Origin: an uncultured Gemmataceae bacterium
GTDB taxonomy: Bacteria > Planctomycetota > Planctomycetia > Gemmatales > Gemmataceae
Length of the DNA stretch: 64,000 nucleotides
Reading direction: 5' to 3'
NCBI GenBank assembly: GCA_963750165.1
Contig: CAVVPN010000011.1
Coordinates: 1,536,001-1,600,000, forward strand
Both the position numbers and the translations under genes were made by a program. A model generated the notes under the pieces. That model did not search any database and had not been told where the DNA came from. It worked only from the letters and a program-made list of their open reading frames with translations. Shown one piece after another: positions 58,392 through 64,000 of this stretch (the stretch's first letter is position 1; the number at the start of each line of letters is the position of its first letter).

Positions 58392-59657
58392 ATGCCGTTC
58401 AAATCTCTCAACCGCCGCACCTTCCTCCGCGCCGCCGGCGTCTCGCTGGCACTGCCCTGGCTCGATGCCCTCGCGCCGGCCCAGAACGCCGCGCCGGTGC
58501 CGCGGCGCATGGTCTGCATCTGCACGCCGCTCGGGTTGCATCCGGCTTACTTCTTCCCCCAGGCTGCGGGCCGCGACTACGCACTCACCCCCTACCTGGA
58601 GGTTCTCCGCGACTTCCGCAACGACTTCACGGTCTGTTCCAACCTGGCGCACCCGGAAGTCGGTCCCAGTCACGATTCCATCTTCAGCTTCCTGACGGCC
58701 GCGCCGCACCCCGAACGGTGCGCGGGCTTCCGCAACCGCGTCTCGCTGGACCAGTTCGCCGCCAGCCACATCGGCAGTGAAACGCGCTTCCCGAGCCTGG
58801 TGCTGTCGTGCGAGGGTTTTAGCCTCTCCTGGACGCGCAGCGGCGCCATCGTGCCGTCGGACAGTTACCCGAGCAGCGTGTTCGCGCGGCTGTTCCTGCA
58901 GGGGCGGCCCGCGGAAGTGGAGGCCCAGGTCCGCCGGCTGCGCGACGGCCGCAGCATTCTCGACGCCGTCAGCGATCAGACCCGGAGCCTGCAACCGCGG
59001 CTCGGCAGCGGCGACCGCGACCGGCTGGACGAGTATTTCAGCAGCGTCCGCGACCTGGAGCGCGGCCTGGCCCGGTCGGAGGCGTGGGCGCGGCGGCCCC
59101 GGCCGACGGTCAACGTGCCGCCGCCGCAGAACATCGCCAACCCGGCGGACGTAGTCGGCAAGGCCCGGCTCATGTTCGACCTCATCCACCTGGCACTGCA
59201 AACCGACTCCACCCGGCTCGTCACGCTGCTGCTGCTGGGCACGAGCCTGGTGCCGCCGATCCCGGGGGTGAGCCTGGGCCATCACGACCTGTCGCACCAC
59301 GGCCAGGACCCGAACAAGATCGCGCAGCTCCGCGCCGTGGAGCTGGAAAAGCTGCGGGCCTTCCGCGCCTTCCTGGTCAAACTCCGGGACACGCGCGAGC
59401 AAGGCGCCCGCTTGCTCGACCGCACCGCGGTGTTCTTCAGCAGCAACCTGGGCAACGCCAGCAGCCATTCCACCCGAAACCTGCCGGTCTTGCTGGCGGG
59501 CGGCGGTTTCCGGCACGGCCAGCACCTGGCCTTCCCGGCGAACAACCCGCCGCCGCTGTCCAACCTGTATGTGAGCATGCTCCGCCGCCTGGGCCTCAAC
59601 GTGGACCGCTTTGGTTCCAGCACGGGGACACTGCCGGGCCTGGAGACGGCCGGCTGA
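58392..59657 (+). CDS. DUF1552 domain protein
   Basis: NRRTFLRAAG Tat-like N-terminus, SLDQFAA, ALQTDSTR, HHDLSHH. Confidence 0.92.
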   Translation: MPFKSLNRRTFLRAAGVSLALPWLDALAPAQNAAPVPRRMVCICTPLGLHPAYFFPQAAGRDYALTPYLEVLRDFRNDFTVCSNLAHPEVGPSHDSIFSFLTAAPHPERCAGFRNRVSLDQFAASHIGSETRFPSLVLSCEGFSLSWTRSGAIVPSDSYPSSVFARLFLQGRPAEVEAQVRRLRDGRSILDAVSDQTRSLQPRLGSGDRDRLDEYFSSVRDLERGLARSEAWARRPRPTVNVPPPQNIANPADVVGKARLMFDLIHLALQTDSTRLVTLLLLGTSLVPPIPGVSLGHHDLSHHGQDPNKIAQLRAVELEKLRAFRAFLVKLRDTREQGARLLDRTAVFFSSNLGNASSHSTRNLPVLLAGGGFRHGQHLAFPANNPPPLSNLYVSMLRRLGLNVDRFGSSTGTLPGLETAG

Positions 59658-59678
59658 AGCACAGCGCCGAGGGCACGC

Positions 59679-60437
59679 ATGAGCAGCGACACGGACATCT
59701 GGGAGGTGCCCGGAGCCCCCTGGCCGCCGCTGCCCGACGACGAGGTTCACGTCTGGCGCGTGTGCGTCTCGCGCACTGAGCCGCGGTTGGCCGAGCTGGA
59801 GCCGCTGCTCGCGCCGGAGGAGGCCACACGGGCGGCGCGCTTCAAGGTGGCGCACGGCCGGCTCACCTTCACGCTCGGCCGCGGTCTGCTGCGCGTGCTC
59901 CTGGGGAACTACGTCGGGCAACCGCCCACGGCCCTGCAATTCACGACCAACGCTCACGGCAAACCGGCGCTCCTTCCCGGGCCGGGTGACGGCGGCCTGC
60001 AATTCAACCTGTCCCACTCCGGCGACTGGCTGGTGTACGCCGTGACCCGTGGCCGCGCCGTGGGCATCGACGTGGAGCGAATGCGGCTGCTAACCACGCT
60101 CACGGACCTGGCCCGCCGCTTCTTCGCACCGCGCGAGGTGGCGCAACTGCTCGCGCTGCCGCAGGGGCAGCGACAGGAGGCGTTCTTTCATTGCTGGGCG
60201 CGCAAGGAAGCGTACATCAAGGCGGTGGGCCGCGGCCTGAACATCCCGCTGGATCAGTTCGAGGTGTCGCTGGTTCCTGGCGAGTCGGCGCGGTTGGTGG
60301 CCGCCAGCGAGGAGGCCGCGGTCCCTGGCCCGTGGGGCATGCAAGCGCTCACCGTGGCCGTGGGCTACGCAGCCGCCATCGCGGTTCAGGGATCAAGTTG
60401 GCGATTGCGCTGCTGGGAAGGGGCATTCGGGCTCTGA
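59679..60437 (+). CDS. Sfp-type 4'-phosphopantetheinyl transferase
   Basis: GKP, FNLSHS, VGIDVE, WARKEAYIKA. Confidence 0.93.
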   Translation: MSSDTDIWEVPGAPWPPLPDDEVHVWRVCVSRTEPRLAELEPLLAPEEATRAARFKVAHGRLTFTLGRGLLRVLLGNYVGQPPTALQFTTNAHGKPALLPGPGDGGLQFNLSHSGDWLVYAVTRGRAVGIDVERMRLLTTLTDLARRFFAPREVAQLLALPQGQRQEAFFHCWARKEAYIKAVGRGLNIPLDQFEVSLVPGESARLVAASEEAAVPGPWGMQALTVAVGYAAAIAVQGSSWRLRCWEGAFGL

Positions 60438-60500
60438 CCAGAAGTGGCGTACCGCGCACAACCGCCCGTCGCACGGCGGCCCGATGGCGGCCAGGTCGGC

Positions 60501-60812
60501 TCAATTGCCGTGGCCAGTTCCACCCTGGTTCGGCAGATCGGGCCACTTACCATTCCGATCCACCCAGCGGATCGCGAGCCAGGACCAGACGGCCCCCGCA
60601 GCGCAGATGCAAGCGCCCGTCAACCCGACTGGCAGCGCGAGCGCACCCAGAAAGGAACTACTCCCCAGTTCGATGGCAACCGCGAGGAGCCCGAGGCACG
60701 TAAGCAGGACGAACAGGCCGGCAAGGGGCAGGGCCGCGGAACGCTTCATGCTTTCGCGCATTACCAGGCGCACCCACTGCGGACGCCGCTCAGGGTTTTC
60801 TTCAGCAGCCAT
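60501..60812 (-). CDS. small membrane protein
   Basis: Two hydrophobic segments; AGGAG RBS. Confidence 0.65.
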   Translation of the reverse strand: MAAEENPERRPQWVRLVMRESMKRSAALPLAGLFVLLTCLGLLAVAIELGSSSFLGALALPVGLTGACICAAGAVWSWLAIRWVDRNGKWPDLPNQGGTGHGN

Positions 60813-61070
60813 ACGCTCCTCCTTCGCACGACGGCCTGGCTCAGCGGGTCAGAGAAAAGCGCGAACGCGGGCCGTCCGCGCGGACGTTTCGGGGTGGTGG
60901 AAGAACAGCCAGGGCGGTCCCGTATTGGCCAAGGTATTCAACCGGGTGCTCTGTAGCAAGCAGGGACACCGGGACTTTGAGCGGTTTGCTCGGACGATCT
61001 GTGGCGCTGGTTGTCGGCCGCGGCGCCCTTACAATGAAGCGGGGAGCCCGAAACCAGAAGTCCTTACCTG

Positions 61071-62068
61071 ATGCCAACCAACTTCGCCATCCTCGGGGCC
61101 GGCGCCTGGGGCACCGCGGTCGCCCTGGTGCTCGCCCAGCAACTCGACCACCACGTCCGCCTGTGGATTCACCGCCCCGAGCACGCCCGCGAATTCCTGG
61201 AGCGCCGCGAGAACGTCCGCCTGCTGCCCGGCGTGCCCATCCCGCCGGAGGTGCTGCTGACCACCGACCTGCAGGCCGCCGTCGCCGGCGCCGACCTGCT
61301 CGTCTTCGCCATCCCCACCGTGTATCTGCGACCCACCCTTGGGCGTGTCGCCGCCGAGCTGCCGCGGCACCTGCCCGTCCTCAGTCTCGCCAAGGGCATC
61401 GAGAACGACACCTTCCTGCGGCCCAGCGAAATCCTGCAACAGCTGCTCGCCGTGGACGCCATCGCGGTGCTGAGCGGCCCGAGCCACGCGGAGGAGGTCG
61501 GTCGTGGTCTGCCCACCACGGTGGTCGTGGCCAGCGGCGACCTGGGCCTGGCGCGCTGGATTCAGCAGCACCTGACGACGGAGCGCTTCCGCGTTTACAC
61601 AAACCTGGACGTGATCGGCGTCGAACTGGCGGGGGCGTTGAAGAACGTCATCGGCATTGCGGCCGGCATCGGCGACGGCCTGGACTGCGGCGATAACGGC
61701 AAGGCGGCGCTGCTGACGCGCGGCCTGGTGGAGATGCGCCGCTTCGGCGTGGCACTCGGGGCGGAGCCACAGACGTTCGCGGGGCTGGCGGGCATGGGCG
61801 ATCTGATCACGACCTGTTACAGCCGACATGGCCGCAACCGCCATGTCGGCGAACTGCTGGGCGCGGCCGGAAGTTACGCGACATCCTCGCTGGCACGCCA
61901 ATGGTGGCCGAGGGCGTGTACACGGCGCGCAGCGTCCATGATCGGGCGCAGCAGATGGGCCTGGCCATGCCGATCACCGCCGAGGTGTACCGCGTCCTGT
62001 ACGAGGACAAGGAACCGCGTGCCGCCGTCAACGACCTGATGCTGCGACAGCCGACGAGCGAACTCTGA
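61071..62068 (+). CDS. gpsA: NAD(P)H-dependent glycerol-3-phosphate dehydrogenase (1-bp deletion near 61862)
   Basis: GAGAWGTA, LSGPSHA, GALKNVI, GDLITTC; C-terminus VAEGVYTA...MPITAEVY is in a shifted frame. Confidence 0.93.
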
Positions 62069-62191
62069 CGCCGCGGCTGAGATGGCAGCCCTGGTCAACG
62101 CCCATCGACCGCGGGGCGCCGCTCCGATCCAGGCGACCGCCATCCCGATCAGACTGGACGACGACGGCACCGGCAACGCCGTGGCCGCGTT

Positions 62192-62422
62192 CCTGCGCTG
62201 TCGCAGCAAGGGGGCCAAGGGGGCCAAGGGGGCCAACTTTTTCACACGTCGAGATTCGGCGCCCTGGCCGCGTGGGAGTGGCACGGCGCGACCACCAGCG
62301 GCGGCGGTTGCCACAGCAAGGACGCCAAGAACGCCAAGAACGCCAACTTTTTCATACGTCGAGATGCGCCGCCTGGCAGCGCCGGCCTGCCGTTTGTGGG
62401 CCCCGCCACTGCGAACCGCGCC
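62192..62422 (-). repeat. dispersed composite repeat, copy B (inverted relative to copy A)
   Basis: Reverse complement of the 55395-55636 unit; 110-bp period (62235/62345). Confidence 0.85.
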
Positions 62423-62443
62423 AGGTAGAACATTCTCCACCTG

Positions 62444-62734
62444 TCAGGGAGTTGCCCTGATGGAGTCGCGGTAGGCGACGACCAGTCCTTCCATTTCGGC
62501 AATAGGGGAGGCCGCAGGCGTGGCCGAAAGGATGTCAGCGATCTGGTTCAGAAGCGGTAACACACCGTTCTTGAACGGGTCGTAAACGGCGGCGGATACG
62601 CCCTGCCGGTCATCCCAGCCACGGCGCTCAAGATCCCTGAAGAGGGATCGAAGAACGAAGGTAGCAATGCTCGGCTCGGCGGTGTACCAGTCGTCGCAAT
62701 GCGCGATGGTTTCCCGGAGCGTATCCGAAACCAT
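62444..62734 (-). CDS. hypothetical protein
   Basis: 96-aa ORF with GGAG RBS; lower GC. Confidence 0.5.
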   Translation of the reverse strand: MVSDTLRETIAHCDDWYTAEPSIATFVLRSLFRDLERRGWDDRQGVSAAVYDPFKNGVLPLLNQIADILSATPAASPIAEMEGLVVAYRDSIRATP

Positions 62735-63015
62735 GCTCCCCTTACCGAGAAGCTATTTCAGTTTGTTCGCTGGCATCGACTCCCACCCCAAAGTCGCGGA
62801 TCGTGAAAACCGACCGAAAGTTCTCGATCCGTTCGGCCTGGAAAAGCTCTTCGGCGCCTTGCAGGCGGTCTACCAGCGCGAGGACCAACTTGGCGGCCTG
62901 ACGATAGTGATTTCGCAGGCGCTCGGATCGCGCGGAGTCTGACCCGCCATTGCGGGCAGGCGCCGGTTTGCTTACGATGCTGTTTTGGTCCCGTAACCCT
63001 GGCGGCAGTCAGCGC

Positions 63016-64000
63016 ATGGACAGCCTCACCTTTCTCGAAAAGCCGATCAAGGGCAAGCCCCTGCCGCTCTACGTCGTCGCCGGCGACGAGGACTTCCTCA
63101 AGCGCCAGGTCCTCGCCAAAATCCGCCGCTGGGTGCTCGGCGACGCGGACGACGACTTCAGCTCCGCCACCTACGCTGGCGACCGGGCCAGCTTCGCGGA
63201 CGTGTTCGACGATCTGCAAACGTTGCCGTTCTTCGGCGAACGGCGGTTGGTGGTCGTCGAGCGTGCCGACCCATTCGTGACGAAAGCGCGGCCGCAGCTG
63301 GAAAAGGCGGTCGCCAAGCTGCCGCCGAGCGGTGTGCTGGTGCTGGAGGTGAAGTCCTGGCCGAAAACGACGAAGCTGGCCAAACTGGTGGACGCCGCCG
63401 CGACCCTTGAGTGCAAGGCACCCGCGGCGCATCGGCTGCCGCCGTGGTGCGTGGCGTGGATGGCGGGCCAGTACGGCAAACAGCTGACCAATCCGGCGGC
63501 GCAGCTGCTGGTCGATCTGGTCGGCGGCGATATGGGGCTGCTCGACCAGGAGCTGGTCAAGTTGAGCATTTATGTCGGCGACCGTAAGCGGGTGGACGTG
63601 GACGACGTGGACCGGCTGGTGGGCCGCAGTCGGGGCGAGAACACCTGGAAGATTTTTGACGCCATCGCGGAGGGCAAGCCGGGCGTGGCGCTGAGCATCG
63701 TGGACCGGCTGTTCGACCAGGGCGAGGAACCGCTGCGGTTGCTGGGGGCGTTCAGCATGCAACTGCGGCGGCTGGCGCAGGCGGCCCGGCTGTATCAGCA
63801 GGGCAAACCGCTCGGCGCGGCACTGGAACTGGCGGGCGTGGCGCCGTTCGCGGCCCGCGGGGCGGAGCAGCAACTCAAGCACCTCGGCCGTCGCCGGCTG
63901 GAAAAGCTCTACGACTGGCTGCTGGAAGTGGACCTCGGCATCAAGGGCAACAGCCAGCTACCGCCGCGAACGCTCATCGAACGCCTGGTGGTCAACCTGG
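63016..64000 (+). CDS. holA: DNA polymerase III delta subunit (runs off the window)
   Basis: Hand translation MDSLTFLEKPIKGKPLPLYVVAGDEDFLK...LQTLPFFGERRLVVV...QELVKLSIY...WLLEVDLGIKG. Confidence 0.88.
   Translation, partial: MDSLTFLEKPIKGKPLPLYVVAGDEDFLKRQVLAKIRRWVLGDADDDFSSATYAGDRASFADVFDDLQTLPFFGERRLVVVERADPFVTKARPQLEKAVAKLPPSGVLVLEVKSWPKTTKLAKLVDAAATLECKAPAAHRLPPWCVAWMAGQYGKQLTNPAAQLLVDLVGGDMGLLDQELVKLSIYVGDRKRVDVDDVDRLVGRSRGENTWKIFDAIAEGKPGVALSIVDRLFDQGEEPLRLLGAFSMQLRRLAQAARLYQQGKPLGAALELAGVAPFAARGAEQQLKHLGRRRLEKLYDWLLEVDLGIKGNSQLPPRTLIERLVVNL

Noticed and set aside
62758..63882. 374-aa minus-strand ORF
   Set aside because: Antisense to holA, which runs off the window on the plus strand.

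Overview
GC-rich bacterial window, most likely a Planctomycete (Gemmataceae-like), judged from the DUF1592/DUF1552, DUF1580 and PQQ-propeller genes and the repeat types. The left 42.7 kb is a tandem of two integrative elements at the 3' end of a tRNA-Lys(CTT) gene (42692-42764, minus strand); its 3' 46 bp are duplicated at 24697-24742. Element 1 (left end outside the window) has a tyrosine integrase, DUF1580, a Topo-VI-like remnant, an AEP primase, an AAA_25 helicase with a likely origin, and a small HTH gene. It probably also carries the adjacent class I DISARM operon (drmD-drmMI-drmA-drmB-drmC), which has an unusual three-gene cassette (TIGR04255-like, unknown, PIN-like) between drmMI and drmA. 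Element 2 (~18 kb) has an integrase, an XRE switch, SWIM and ART-like genes, an ISKra4-like IS with a 9-bp TSD, a type III R-M locus (res-fic-mod), a deleted primase module and a DUF4145 gene. The right part is core chromosome (cupin, NIPSNAP, PQQ-propeller, MOSC, GT87, purM, hydrolase-GNAT-AMP ligase, DUF1592/1552, PPTase, gpsA, holA) with several repeat families and a candidate CU-motif selenoprotein with a SECIS-like hairpin. Several single-base frameshifts, including one in housekeeping gpsA, suggest sequencing or assembly indels. Family assignments come from motif recognition by eye, not database searches.
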